IMG/VR virus record: IMGVR_UViG_3300047090_000102 | Span: 1 to 64,000 of that record | Direction: 5' to 3' (one strand) | Origin: a virus | Length of the DNA: 64,000 nt | Shown: positions 1 to 8,235 of the stretch, in pieces | Numbering within the stretch: position 1 is the first letter of the stretch | How the letters are laid out: each line of letters opens with the position of its first letter | The notes under the pieces: model-generated | The model's input: only the letters and a program-made list of their open reading frames with translations | Told to the model about the DNA's origin: nothing | Databases searched by the model: none | Position numbers and translations under genes: made by a program

Positions 1-585
1 GCGGACGAAAGCAAGTTCAAACTCGACTTCCTTGATGAACTGGAGTCCCTGAAGCAGCATAAGGCTGTACGCTCTGCCTTGGAAGGATTCCTCGGCGTCA
101 ACGATCTTGAACTGGCTTTTCAGGTCGATTATCCGTGCCCGCTGAGACTCGGCGTCCAGCAATACTAAGTCTGGCTGGCCGGAGATTACCGCCTTGGTTG
201 GATCTTCGTTCGTGTTCATGTCGGCGTCGAGGTAGAGACGGCGCTCCAAGTCGAGTACGTGGTCCGGGTTGATGCTGAAGCCCGGAAGGAAGTCTTCCAG
301 TAACTGGCGTGTGTCCGTTCCGCAGTTCGCGGCGTGGAGTTCGGCCCGCCACCAAGTCTCGTCCTGGCTCAGTCCTTCGTTGACAAGGTGCGCGATGTAT
401 CCGTCCTCACCCAGTAAAAATCTGTGAAACTGCGTACCGCGGCGTCCGGCGATGCTTTCCACTCGCGTGTTGCGGACCGCAGCATACTTGTGAGCGCAGG
501 CGAGGTCAGGCTCAGACGACGGGCGCAACGGTGGAACCGCTACTGCTGTTTCAAGTGCTTCCGTGATACGTAGATCATTGGACAT
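1..585 (-). CDS. PD-(D/E)XK (RecB/Cas4-like) exonuclease, C-terminus cut by window edge
   Basis: Absent from the ORF track because it runs off the left edge. My translation from ATG 585..583 (AAGGAG 6 nt upstream) gives MSNDLRITEALE...GTQFHRFLL...PDLVLLD...RIIDLKS...QGRAY. These are the D, (D/E)xK and QxxxY nuclease motifs. It lies in the same module as the RecT-like gene. Confidence 0.65.
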   Translation of the reverse strand, partial: MSNDLRITEALETAVAVPPLRPSSEPDLACAHKYAAVRNTRVESIAGRRGTQFHRFLLGEDGYIAHLVNEGLSQDETWWRAELHAANCGTDTRQLLEDFLPGFSINPDHVLDLERRLYLDADMNTNEDPTKAVISGQPDLVLLDAESQRARIIDLKSQFKIVDAEESFQGRAYSLMLLQGLQFIKEVEFELAFVR

Positions 586-881
586 TTTCTCTCCTTAAAT
601 GGTGCGTCCCACTGGCAAAGTGTTTGCGCCTTAATCTCCTGGACGGTATCCGTTTTGCAGCCAAATACTAAATATAGCGTCTCGCATTCCAGAGCATTGT
701 CACGGATAATCGGGCGATCGGTGTATGAGTCTTTCCATCTGTCGGGGTGCATGGTGATCATGCCGGTACTGATGAAGCGGATAGGCTTCGGCGGCAATGA
801 TACTCTCACGGGCGGAGGCGTCCACCAGGGAGACCACGGCATCTTGCTCAACGCCCGGATTATCAGGTCAAGAACTTTCAT
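540..881 (-). CDS. hypothetical protein
   Basis: ORF 540..1055 trimmed to ATG 881, which overlaps the upstream stop (ATGA). Its 3' end overlaps the exonuclease start by 46 nt. Confidence 0.45.
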   Translation of the reverse strand: MKVLDLIIRALSKMPWSPWWTPPPVRVSLPPKPIRFISTGMITMHPDRWKDSYTDRPIIRDNALECETLYLVFGCKTDTVQEIKAQTLCQWDAPFKERKCPMIYVSRKHLKQQ

Positions 882-1141
882 GGTATTTCCCCGCTCATAA
901 ACTGCGGCGCTTTGCGGTGCATATACTGTTCCGGCGATCCATAGCGAACTGCTGGCCCACGGCGGAAGTACTGGCGCAGATACCGGGCCTGATTGAAAGT
1001 CCTCCTGCGCGCATTTGGTAGGAAAAACTTGGCATGATCCTTGGGCTGCCGGCACATATCCAAGAACACCTTACGCCAGCGGTTCACAGCGTTCACCAAG
1101 TCCTCGCGCGTCTGCATTCTCCACGGTTCAAGCCAGGTCAT
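878..1141 (-). CDS. hypothetical protein
   Basis: ORF 878..1168 begins with TTG. I trimmed it to ATG 1141, which has GGAG 7 nt upstream and lies 5 nt after the stop of 1146..1499. Confidence 0.5.
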   Translation of the reverse strand: MTWLEPWRMQTREDLVNAVNRWRKVFLDMCRQPKDHAKFFLPNARRRTFNQARYLRQYFRRGPAVRYGSPEQYMHRKAPQFMSGEIP

Positions 1142-1145
1142 CAGA

Positions 1146-1499
1146 TCACTCCAGTTTCTTGAAATCAAATTCTGCGATGCTTATCTTTGCCTTGGCTACT
1201 TGGCATTTGCCGGCGTAGAAATACTTGTTCCAGATGTCTTCATTTTCCGCGCCTTCACCGTGAAGAGTGAACAGTATACCCGGATGCAACTTGGAAAACT
1301 CGCGTAATTCTTCTTCGTGCTGATACCACTTGGAACTATCTTCGCTGCTTCCGTCGGCATCAAGAGAGTATTGCGCTTCATCGTTGGATTCGCGCAACTG
1401 TTTGATGACTTCCAGTAGCGGCGCGGGATCAGTGAGTTCGGCCTTTTTCCCGCCGATCATCAAGTCTAGTTTCAGTGAATATGTTGTGCTATATCCCAT
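1146..1499 (-). CDS. hypothetical acidic protein
   Basis: ORF 1146..1799 trimmed to ATG 1499 (MGYSTTYSL...). GGAGAAAGGAAA lies upstream. The longer N-terminus is R/S-rich and overlaps other genes. Confidence 0.6.
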   Translation of the reverse strand: MGYSTTYSLKLDLMIGGKKAELTDPAPLLEVIKQLRESNDEAQYSLDADGSSEDSSKWYQHEEELREFSKLHPGILFTLHGEGAENEDIWNKYFYAGKCQVAKAKISIAEFDFKKLE

Positions 1500-1516
1500 T
1501 TTAGGTTTCCTTTCTC

Positions 1517-1696
1517 CTAGCGCAGAGTCGTTAATCTGCCGCAGCGTTTGCAGGTCGTTTCGCCGATGTACAGAGTACGCCCGACGAAGTGTAAAACGAT
1601 AGTGCCATGATCCTCGATACGCGGGACCACTGCTACTTTCATGTCCTCGCGCAGTATCGGGTCGTGACCTAACAGCCAGCAGAGGAATCCGTTCAT
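1517..1696 (-). CDS. small zinc-ribbon protein (59 aa)
   Basis: Below the track cutoff. My translation gives MNGFLCWLLGHDP...TCKRCGRLTTLR. The ATG overlaps the stop of 1693..2193 (ATGA). Confidence 0.45.
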   Translation of the reverse strand: MNGFLCWLLGHDPILREDMKVAVVPRIEDHGTIVLHFVGRTLYIGETTCKRCGRLTTLR

Positions 1697-2193
1697 ACGT
1701 CTCCCGCCCGGCGCAGCGCCTCGTCAGCGATGTAAGCAAGGATCTCTTCGACTGAACCGCCGCGCTGTTTGATGCCGTAGCGGACAAGCAGATCGACAAT
1801 GTTTTGTGAGAAACTGCTAGAACGGAAGGACGCCACTACGTCCCGCAGCAGGGGTGCTGCCGCGATGAGGTGGATGTTGCACTGAGCCACACTCTCGGCG
1901 ATCATGAACCCGCCGTAATAGTCGATATTCTCTGAGCCGCTCAGCGCGCCAACTGGCAGAACTTCGGCGACCACAGCACCACGACCATGGTTGTTGGAGC
2001 CTTTGCCTGGATGCCATGGGCCCGGCGTCGATCTTGGTTTGACGTCCGGCTGCGGCAGCAGGTTCTTTTTAAGCCACTTTAAAGCCTCGGCAGAACGCGA
2101 CCCAGAGAATTCTATCTGCTCCAGCGCACACTCCACGCTCCAAAACTCTTCTGGTAACGGCGCGTCTTTGTTTGGTTCGTTATTTTCTGGCAT
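1693..2193 (-). CDS. Ead/Ea22-like phage protein
   Basis: TPGPW motif followed by ...GGFMIAESVAQCNIHLIAAAPLLRDVV. It has the same architecture as 10227..10607. Start chosen at MPENN (AAGGAGA 7 nt upstream). Confidence 0.55.
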   Translation of the reverse strand: MPENNEPNKDAPLPEEFWSVECALEQIEFSGSRSAEALKWLKKNLLPQPDVKPRSTPGPWHPGKGSNNHGRGAVVAEVLPVGALSGSENIDYYGGFMIAESVAQCNIHLIAAAPLLRDVVASFRSSSFSQNIVDLLVRYGIKQRGGSVEEILAYIADEALRRAGDV

Positions 2194-2497
2194 AGCCATT
2201 CTCCTTTCCATACTGCTTCAGCATCCTTCGGCAGTCTATGGGGATGTCCCAGGATGCATCCGCGCTCACCATCTCCGTGTGATGAGGGTTAGCCTTACAG
2301 GCGGCAACGATATCCCTGATGTCTTCGCGGGCAATTAAAGTACGCGGCCCATCGACGCCAACACATACGGATTTCTCCGTGTCGTACTGTTTGCGCCAGT
2401 ACTCGGCTCGCCTCTCCCATCCCATTTCCAACGCAGCAAGAGCAATGATGACGATACCCAAAACGATTAGATGCCCGTACCCTTTACTCCTTGACAT
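2180..2497 (-). CDS. membrane-anchored hypothetical protein
   Basis: ATG with GGAGGA upstream. N-terminal hydrophobic helix HLIVLGIVIIALAALEMGW. Confidence 0.55.
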   Translation of the reverse strand: MSRSKGYGHLIVLGIVIIALAALEMGWERRAEYWRKQYDTEKSVCVGVDGPRTLIAREDIRDIVAACKANPHHTEMVSADASWDIPIDCRRMLKQYGKENGYARK

Positions 2498-2509
2498 GTC
2501 TGTCCTCCA

Positions 2510-2788
2510 TCACGCGAAATCAATTAGCGTTCCAGCGACTTCCTCGGCGAGTTGGAGAACGCGCTCCAACGTTGGGCCGTGAACAACATTGAAGCCAACC
2601 GGTGTGCTTGGATACCAGTGAAGACTCCAGAGACTGTCCGTGCGAATGCACTCTGCTTTGTCCTCTGGCGTCATGTCCGAGTAGTATCCTTGGCTGTCCT
2701 CGGCGAACTCCTGGGCTATGGTTTCATAGTTGTCTTTGTAATCGTTGTGCGTCAACATCAGACTGCACTTGTGCGCAGGGAATTTCAT
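2510..2788 (-). CDS. hypothetical protein
   Basis: ORF 2510..2857 trimmed to ATG 2788, which overlaps the stop of the ATPase gene (ATGA). Confidence 0.55.
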   Translation of the reverse strand: MKFPAHKCSLMLTHNDYKDNYETIAQEFAEDSQGYYSDMTPEDKAECIRTDSLWSLHWYPSTPVGFNVVHGPTLERVLQLAEEVAGTLIDFA

Positions 2789-4077
2789 GCCGACTCTCCC
2801 TTGACATGGCCATCCTCCATCACGATTGCTGCAGGACCGCCCTTTAACATCTCGCACCAGACCTGATAGTCGTGAGTCTCTGCCATCTCCGCGAGCAAGG
2901 CCATGCTCTTGTCGTCCAGCAGGGACCCGTCGCGCACGCGCAGCACTCTCAGTTTAGGATTCGCGGCCATGGCGATCGCGCAGGACACTCTCAACTGCTC
3001 GGCGTCTGAAGCCTGGTCCAGCGGGAGCCCGTTGTACGTCACCGCCTGCTGGCCAAACCCAAGTCCTGGGACCGGCATCTGAGCGCGGGAGATAGCGTCC
3101 ATCTTCTGTTTATCGCGTAAGTACATGCGCCCAGTAATGACCTCGGATTCCTGCTGCTTTGCCTTTACTTGCGCGGCTAACGCATCCCGCTCGGTGCGGC
3201 GACGGATAGAGTCATTCGTCTTCTGCGCCTGCTGCAGTTCTACCTGGAGTACCGCAGTATCGATCTCTTGGTCTGTCGGCTCTTTCAGGTTTGCGAGGGC
3301 TACGCTTAGTTCTTGCGCCTCCAATTCTCTGCTTCCTGCGAGCGAGTCGAGGTGCATCGCTTCTTTACGCAACTCCTCAGCACGTGCGCGGTAATTTAGG
3401 GCGATGTCTTTGGCCGCAGCAATCCCATCAGTGAACTGCTGCTTATTCCGCTTGAACGCCTCGCGGCTCAGTACGATCTCACCGTTAACCTTGCCAGCCG
3501 AAGCGATCTTATCCACCATGGCACCAGTGTCTATCGCTACGGCCGGCAAGTCCTGGGGCAAGTTGAAGCCGGTAAGTTGTCCTTCGATTCGTTTGATTTC
3601 GCGATTCAGGTCGGTACGCGCATCGAAGTCAGTTTTGTTCTGACGGTCGAGCGCTTCTGGGTCAACGTCCAGTTTCACCATTCCGCGCAACGTTTTGAAT
3701 TGCTTGTCGCGGTCCATCCGCATGAACTCCAGTGGGTCAAACGTGAGGTTCCCGGTCAGAGCATCGAGCATCGCCTGGGGACTTGGATACTTGGCTCCAT
3801 CGGCGTTCTCTACGGTGATCGTCGAGCCGGACTTGGTGAAACGCCGCGTCACCTTCAGTTCGCCCAGGTCAAGCTTGACGACGGCCTTCTCCTCGCCTTT
3901 GCGGATTGGCTGATCTTGGATGTTCTTCGTCCCGGCGAGCGCCCAGAAAATGCTATCCAAAACACTGGTTTTCCCTTGGCCATTCGCTCCGCTGATCTCA
4001 ACCATACTGCCAGACGGTTTGATTTCGACTACGCTGATTCTCTTGATGTTGGCGGCGCTAAGACTCAGAATTTTCAT
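2785..4077 (-). CDS. SMC/RecN/SbcC-like AAA ATPase (recombination-associated)
   Basis: Walker A GANGQGKTS at the N-terminus, a long coiled-coil middle, and the Walker B-like LRVLRVRDGSLLDD near the C-terminus. Confidence 0.7.
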   Translation of the reverse strand: MKILSLSAANIKRISVVEIKPSGSMVEISGANGQGKTSVLDSIFWALAGTKNIQDQPIRKGEEKAVVKLDLGELKVTRRFTKSGSTITVENADGAKYPSPQAMLDALTGNLTFDPLEFMRMDRDKQFKTLRGMVKLDVDPEALDRQNKTDFDARTDLNREIKRIEGQLTGFNLPQDLPAVAIDTGAMVDKIASAGKVNGEIVLSREAFKRNKQQFTDGIAAAKDIALNYRARAEELRKEAMHLDSLAGSRELEAQELSVALANLKEPTDQEIDTAVLQVELQQAQKTNDSIRRRTERDALAAQVKAKQQESEVITGRMYLRDKQKMDAISRAQMPVPGLGFGQQAVTYNGLPLDQASDAEQLRVSCAIAMAANPKLRVLRVRDGSLLDDKSMALLAEMAETHDYQVWCEMLKGGPAAIVMEDGHVKGESA

Positions 4078-4104
4078 AAGTTTACTCCCTTTCTTTTTGG
4101 TTAC

Positions 4105-4491
4105 TCACCACGCAGCGTTTCTGTCATTTTCCGTGGCCCAGTACGCTTCCATTTCCGCTTTGAAGTCGAACTTGTAATCAATCGGACCGTACTCTGCCCA
4201 ATCGTCTTTGCTCTGAATTTTAGCTTGAACTATTCCGGCCAGAATGCAGCAAGGACAGTTCCCCGCTAACTTCCGCAGATCGGCCAGCCCGTAATCAGTC
4301 TTGTCATACGTGACACAGGCTTTCAGTTCTTCGATGGGTCGCTGCGGGTCTTCGATGCCGTACTTGTGCAGATTGCAGACTCTCGCCGGATTGCCGACAC
4401 ACCGTGCCTCGTGCGCTTCCATCGAAGACTTGCGGTAGCCGATCTTCTTGCAGAAGTCACAGCCGTACCGGATTACATGTCGTGATCGCAT
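4105..4491 (-). CDS. Cys-rich hypothetical protein
   Basis: ORF track. Multiple CxxC pairs (CDFC, CPCC). Confidence 0.55.
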   Translation of the reverse strand: MRSRHVIRYGCDFCKKIGYRKSSMEAHEARCVGNPARVCNLHKYGIEDPQRPIEELKACVTYDKTDYGLADLRKLAGNCPCCILAGIVQAKIQSKDDWAEYGPIDYKFDFKAEMEAYWATENDRNAAW

Positions 4492-4492
4492 A

Positions 4493-4765
4493 TCAATTCA
4501 TCTGCGCTTTTGCCGCTTGCCGTGCCATCGTTGCCGTGTTCACATCCAGCCACAACTCGGACGGAATGTCTTTCTCGGGGTCAAGCAGCACGTCTCGCGG
4601 CGCGGTACTGAGCCACTCTGCCATTAACCCAGAGGTATCAGGAGGGGTGGAGAAAGCAATGGCCTCACCCTTTGCGACATGAACGCGGATCTTACCTACC
4701 AACTCCTGAAGGCTGTCGGCATCCGTAATCAACACCTTGCCTATGACTGCTACCCAATATGTCAT
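4493..4765 (-). CDS. hypothetical protein
   Basis: ORF track. Tightly packed between its neighbours. Confidence 0.5.
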   Translation of the reverse strand: MTYWVAVIGKVLITDADSLQELVGKIRVHVAKGEAIAFSTPPDTSGLMAEWLSTAPRDVLLDPEKDIPSELWLDVNTATMARQAAKAQMN

Positions 4766-4771
4766 TGCTTC

Positions 4772-6076
4772 TTACCTTTCGAAGAGCGTTCCCTTTGTCT
4801 CTTTCGGTGCGTCGTCTTCTTTGACCTTCGCCAGGTACTGCTCAGCTTTGGCGATCTCCTGCTCCTGGGGTACACGGCCCATTCCCTCGAACTGCTTTAC
4901 TGTCGGCGGTCCTTGCGGGTCGCGGCCAAGCAGGTCTGTCAGCTCTGCCACGATGGACTTGAACTTCTGGATGCGCTCTTCTTTCTCTTTCTGGATGCAG
5001 TCGAAACACTTGGACTTCAGCCGTTCGCAGTTCGGGCATGAAGGCTCGCGGATATCCGCCTTTACTGCGGTGCGCATATCTCTGTACCCGTGTTCTGTCT
5101 TCTGTGGTGGCTGCGTGCTGGCATCTGGTTTTGCTGTTTCTACTGGCGTCTCCTGCGCGACGACTGAGGGGTCTGCCACCTTCGTGTCGTATACCGTGAC
5201 AGAGGTGCGCCTCACCAGTTCTGCTTTGCCGGCGTCGTAGATCCCTTGCAGGTCGGAGGCTGTCCGGCAGGCTCCCAAGAGTACCGCGATCCGCGCGTCG
5301 TTGTACCGCTTGCCGTCGCCGTCTGTCAGCAGTTTCGTTTTGTAGAAGTCCGCGATCTCCGCACGCAACGGTATGAGCGTATCGACAACTTCCTGCGTCT
5401 CATTCTCCGCTTCAATTGTTGGACCAGCGGGGATGTCACGGGCTTCTTCAACTGAGATCAGGCCACAGAGCGCATCAGGAAACTTATCACGGCACCCCCA
5501 TCCCTGAGCCCGCCACTCCAGCATTCTCTCTCCGTACTTGAGCCAGGGGTCCTTCTTGGGATTAAGCCACAGCTCGGCGCGTTTCGCATCAGCCACGCTA
5601 AAAGTCTGAATGTGCAGTTCGTGGCCCTTGCGCTTAATCTCGAATACTCCCTCGCGCTGATCCCCACTCCCCCTGGTGAAGCGCTTGTGATATTCATACT
5701 GCGGATGGTTCATGACAATGGCCAACATCAAGTCGCCCCAAATTGCAGGGCTGCCGTTGACCACCATGAAATGCTTCATCAGTGTGAGCGTAGGGACGCG
5801 CAAGTTAGCGGCGTACTCCATAGCGATGAAGCAGTCCGCCGGCTTATTGCGAAAGCGATCCGGGACGATGGTGCTCTTTGCGAGAGCGTTAGCAAAAGAC
5901 CATGCCTCCTGGAACGTAGTAGGAGTTAAGCCGCCAACGCCAAACGGAATTTGGTTCGCCGTCCCCTTAGCCAATGCCTCTGATTTTTCTGCTATCTGAA
6001 TATCCTGCTTCGGTTCTTCAGGTACGGCAGTCGTCTGCTCCTGCACGTTGTTTTCCGTGATTGCTTTAGTCGCCAT
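4772..6076 (-). CDS. RecT-like single-strand annealing protein with C-terminal zinc-ribbon extension
   Basis: The core ...ALAKSTIVPDRFRNKPADCFIAMEYAANLRVPTLTLMKHFMVVNGSPAIWGDLMLAIV... resembles RecT-family proteins. The C-terminus carries CPNCERLKSKCFDC. Confidence 0.6.
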   Translation of the reverse strand: MATKAITENNVQEQTTAVPEEPKQDIQIAEKSEALAKGTANQIPFGVGGLTPTTFQEAWSFANALAKSTIVPDRFRNKPADCFIAMEYAANLRVPTLTLMKHFMVVNGSPAIWGDLMLAIVMNHPQYEYHKRFTRGSGDQREGVFEIKRKGHELHIQTFSVADAKRAELWLNPKKDPWLKYGERMLEWRAQGWGCRDKFPDALCGLISVEEARDIPAGPTIEAENETQEVVDTLIPLRAEIADFYKTKLLTDGDGKRYNDARIAVLLGACRTASDLQGIYDAGKAELVRRTSVTVYDTKVADPSVVAQETPVETAKPDASTQPPQKTEHGYRDMRTAVKADIREPSCPNCERLKSKCFDCIQKEKEERIQKFKSIVAELTDLLGRDPQGPPTVKQFEGMGRVPQEQEIAKAEQYLAKVKEDDAPKETKGTLFER

Positions 6077-6374
6077 GTTTCTCTCCTTTGAACGGCTTAC
6101 CGCATAGTGTTACGTTTAGACCCTGACTCACAGCTTGTCTAGAAAGTTCATTCGCCCGCTTGGCTGTGTCGATTATTGCCTCTCCGCGCTGGTCCGTGTG
6201 AGTTTCAAGGAATTGGTGGCCATGCCACGTTTCCGCAGTGAATATCCACATATCAGCCCAGGACACGATTTGCAAGTCTACTACTCTCGGCGTGCTCGTC
6301 TTCAGTCCTGCTGCCCGAATCGCATCTTGCAACGTTGACACAAGGAAACTCCTCATCCCCGGCTGCCTGCCCAT
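6066..6374 (-). CDS. hypothetical protein
   Basis: ORF track, ATG start. Overlaps the RecT start by 11 nt. Confidence 0.45.
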   Translation of the reverse strand: MGRQPGMRSFLVSTLQDAIRAAGLKTSTPRVVDLQIVSWADMWIFTAETWHGHQFLETHTDQRGEAIIDTAKRANELSRQAVSQGLNVTLCGKPFKGEKHGD

Positions 6375-6510
6375 TCAGGCTGCCAGAGTCAGTAGTTTTC
6401 AGTTCATAGTACAGACCGCAGTTGCTGCATTCCGCGGCCACTTGTCGGACAGGATGACACAATGTTTCTGTGCAGCATGCGGCGCTATTGGCGCATGCAA
6501 CGAAATCCAT
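6253..6510 (-). CDS. possible Cys-rich small protein (uncertain)
   Basis: ATG 6510 gives MDFVACANSAACCTETLCHP...CSNCG. It overlaps 6066..6374 by about 120 nt. A competing 42-codon ORF starts at ATG 6527 with a strong GGAGG. Confidence 0.25.
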   Translation of the reverse strand: MDFVACANSAACCTETLCHPVRQVAAECSNCGLYYELKTTDSGSLNGQAAGDEEFPCVNVARCDSGSRTEDEHAESSRLANRVLG

Positions 6511-6543
6511 AATGCAATCCAAAACATAGCCTTTCCTCCTTTT

Positions 6544-6759
6544 CTATTTGCTAAGATATTGCTCAAAGATTTTCTGCGCACATTGCTGGCCGCATACCGG
6601 CTGGTCGTTTGCGGTCAACACCAAGTCCTCTATCGGCTCACAGATGAAGCGCCCGTTTACGATCGAGATTACAAACCAGTGGTTGCACTCGCGTTTGACC
6701 GACTCGCAGTGTGGCGCGGAGCATCTCACCGTCTGCACCGTGAACGGGTTGCCGCTCAT
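6544..6759 (-). CDS. Cys-rich hypothetical protein
   Basis: ATGA overlap with the upstream gene. Confidence 0.5.
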   Translation of the reverse strand: MSGNPFTVQTVRCSAPHCESVKRECNHWFVISIVNGRFICEPIEDLVLTANDQPVCGQQCAQKIFEQYLSK

Positions 6760-7046
6760 TGACTCTCTCTGACATTTGTATCGTCTTCCTTGCGACGATA
6801 CTCCCTACGTGACTCCCACAAACGCAAACTGTAGTATCGCAGCCAGCCGCGTAACATCCTCCGCCTTCGCCATGTCGGAACAGTGTGCACGTATTCGCGC
6901 AGTTCTTTAATCTTTAGCGCCTGTGCATCGAGCGCAGAACTATTCTGGCAGAGAGAAATTCCATTCAGCCCGTTCTTGAAACATACATCCATCGCCCATT
7001 GATCATCGACGCGCCGCTCTGCCATGTAATGTCGGAAAATATTCAT
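6756..7046 (-). CDS. hypothetical protein
   Basis: ATGA overlaps at both ends. Confidence 0.5.
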   Translation of the reverse strand: MNIFRHYMAERRVDDQWAMDVCFKNGLNGISLCQNSSALDAQALKIKELREYVHTVPTWRRRRMLRGWLRYYSLRLWESRREYRRKEDDTNVRESQ

Positions 7047-7267
7047 CTCATCACCCTGGCAACAAGAAATCCCAGAATCAAAGCGCCGACACTGAATCCA
7101 ATCGTCACCAGCAAGTTACCGAGTTCGGAGCGCCGAGGTTTTCTCTTGATCTCGACTTTTACTAGAGGCTCGCCGATCTTGGCCATGCCGACGTAGGTCT
7201 CTTGTGCGTACTCGTCTTCGATGAGAAAGCAGCCATCGCCGAGACTGAATGATTTACGACGGCTCAT
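7043..7267 (-). CDS. tail-anchored membrane protein
   Basis: ATGA overlaps at both ends. C-terminal hydrophobic helix LLVTIGFSVGALILGFLVA. Confidence 0.5.
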   Translation of the reverse strand: MSRRKSFSLGDGCFLIEDEYAQETYVGMAKIGEPLVKVEIKRKPRRSELGNLLVTIGFSVGALILGFLVARVMR

Positions 7268-7455
7268 GGCTTGCGCTCCGTTGCCGCTCCTACCAATTCC
7301 GTATACTCGAAATCGTCTCCGTCCGGGCCTCCGCCACGCCCGCCTGAGTTAAGTGCCCGCTCAAGTTCTGGACAATCAACTTCCAGCGTTTCCATGGCGC
7401 TGTGCACGTGTCCGCAATCTCGCGTGACTCGCCGCAAAATCAATGTGATGCTCAT
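7264..7455 (-). CDS. hypothetical protein
   Basis: ATGA overlaps at both ends. Confidence 0.5.
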   Translation of the reverse strand: MSITLILRRVTRDCGHVHSAMETLEVDCPELERALNSGGRGGGPDGDDFEYTELVGAATERKP

Positions 7456-7685
7456 TTACACCCTCGCTCAACTCCGGCGATCAACTCCCGCTGGGTGCGC
7501 CCGCCCTGGGACATCCCGCCGCGACCAAACATCCTGACTTCAAGGTCGAACACCAGTTTCTTCAGGCGTTCTGGCGGAATCTCCGCGATCACCTTCTTCA
7601 AGTCCTCGGTCGCCTGCGCTACTTCCTCGGTCGTCTGCTTCGCGTCGGCGTTCAGTTTATCCAAGCTCTGAATGTTGGGGTCCAT
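7452..7685 (-). CDS. hypothetical protein
   Basis: ORF track, ATG start. Confidence 0.5.
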   Translation of the reverse strand: MDPNIQSLDKLNADAKQTTEEVAQATEDLKKVIAEIPPERLKKLVFDLEVRMFGRGGMSQGGRTQRELIAGVERGCK

Positions 7686-7896
7686 GTTCTTTCACCTCTC
7701 TCGCTAAATGTTGCCGACCCTCGGTTGTGATTGACCAGCCATCAGCTTCAACCGTAACCAACCAACGGCTCTCCATATCAATCGTGGCCAGCGCTATTGG
7801 TGTCATCTCGCCGCCGATATCGCACTTCAAATCAGAGAGCAGCATCGGGTTTATTGCCCCGGCCAGCGCCTTCAGGATGAGCAGATCGAGCAGCAT
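7657..7896 (-). CDS. hypothetical protein
   Basis: ATG directly follows the upstream TAG. Confidence 0.45.
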   Translation of the reverse strand: MLLDLLILKALAGAINPMLLSDLKCDIGGEMTPIALATIDMESRWLVTVEADGWSITTEGRQHLAREVKEHGPQHSELG

Positions 7897-8124
7897 CTAT
7901 CCCTTTCTCTTGCCGTTCAGTTCAAAGTAGGTCACGGTCTTTGTGACTTCGCGCTTCAAACCGAGAAACTCTCGGAGCTTTTTGCCGATCGGAGCACCTT
8001 GGTTGTAGACCGCGTTCAGATGCGGATAGCTCACGCTAAGGTATTTCGCATACTCGGCGACCGTGCGATCCCCTTGTAGGTTTTTCAGCTTCTGTACGAC
8101 TTCTTCTCTTGTAAAGATTTTCAT
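7897..8124 (-). CDS. HTH DNA-binding regulator (Cro/CI-type candidate)
   Basis: First gene of the leftward operon. Helix-turn-helix-like segment TVAEYAKYLSVSYPHLNAVYNQ. Confidence 0.5.
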   Translation of the reverse strand: MKIFTREEVVQKLKNLQGDRTVAEYAKYLSVSYPHLNAVYNQGAPIGKKLREFLGLKREVTKTVTYFELNGKRKG

Positions 8125-8133
8125 ACCGGCCCG

Positions 8134-8162
8134 ATTATGGCCGAGCGCGGAATCTTTGTCAA
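8134..8162 (-). promoter_or_regulatory. sigma70-like promoter for the leftward operon
   Basis: Minus strand reads TTGACA, then 17 nt, then CATAAT. The -10 element ends 9 nt before ATG 8124, so the transcript would be nearly leaderless. Confidence 0.4.
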
Positions 8163-8196
8163 TAGAGATTTACTATATATTTATCTTATTTTCCGA

Positions 8197-8226
8197 TTGA
8201 CGCCGGATTTGTTACGGGTGTATGTT
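8197..8226 (+). promoter_or_regulatory. candidate promoter for the rightward operon
   Basis: TTGACG, then 18 nt, then TATGTT. The -10 element ends 9 nt before ATG 8236. Confidence 0.3.
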
Positions 8227-8235
8227 GATTCCGTG

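Noticed and set aside
98-355. 85-aa minus-strand ORF at the left edge.
   Set aside because: The product is Arg/Pro-rich. A different frame on the same strand encodes the motif-bearing PD-(D/E)XK exonuclease.
3577-4269. 230-aa plus-strand ORF. Similar antisense ORFs overlap other long minus-strand genes (40729..41430, 43744..44283, 47876..48532, 58140..58700, 61994..62884).
   Set aside because: They lie antisense to genes with clear motifs or operon coupling, and their products look non-protein-like.
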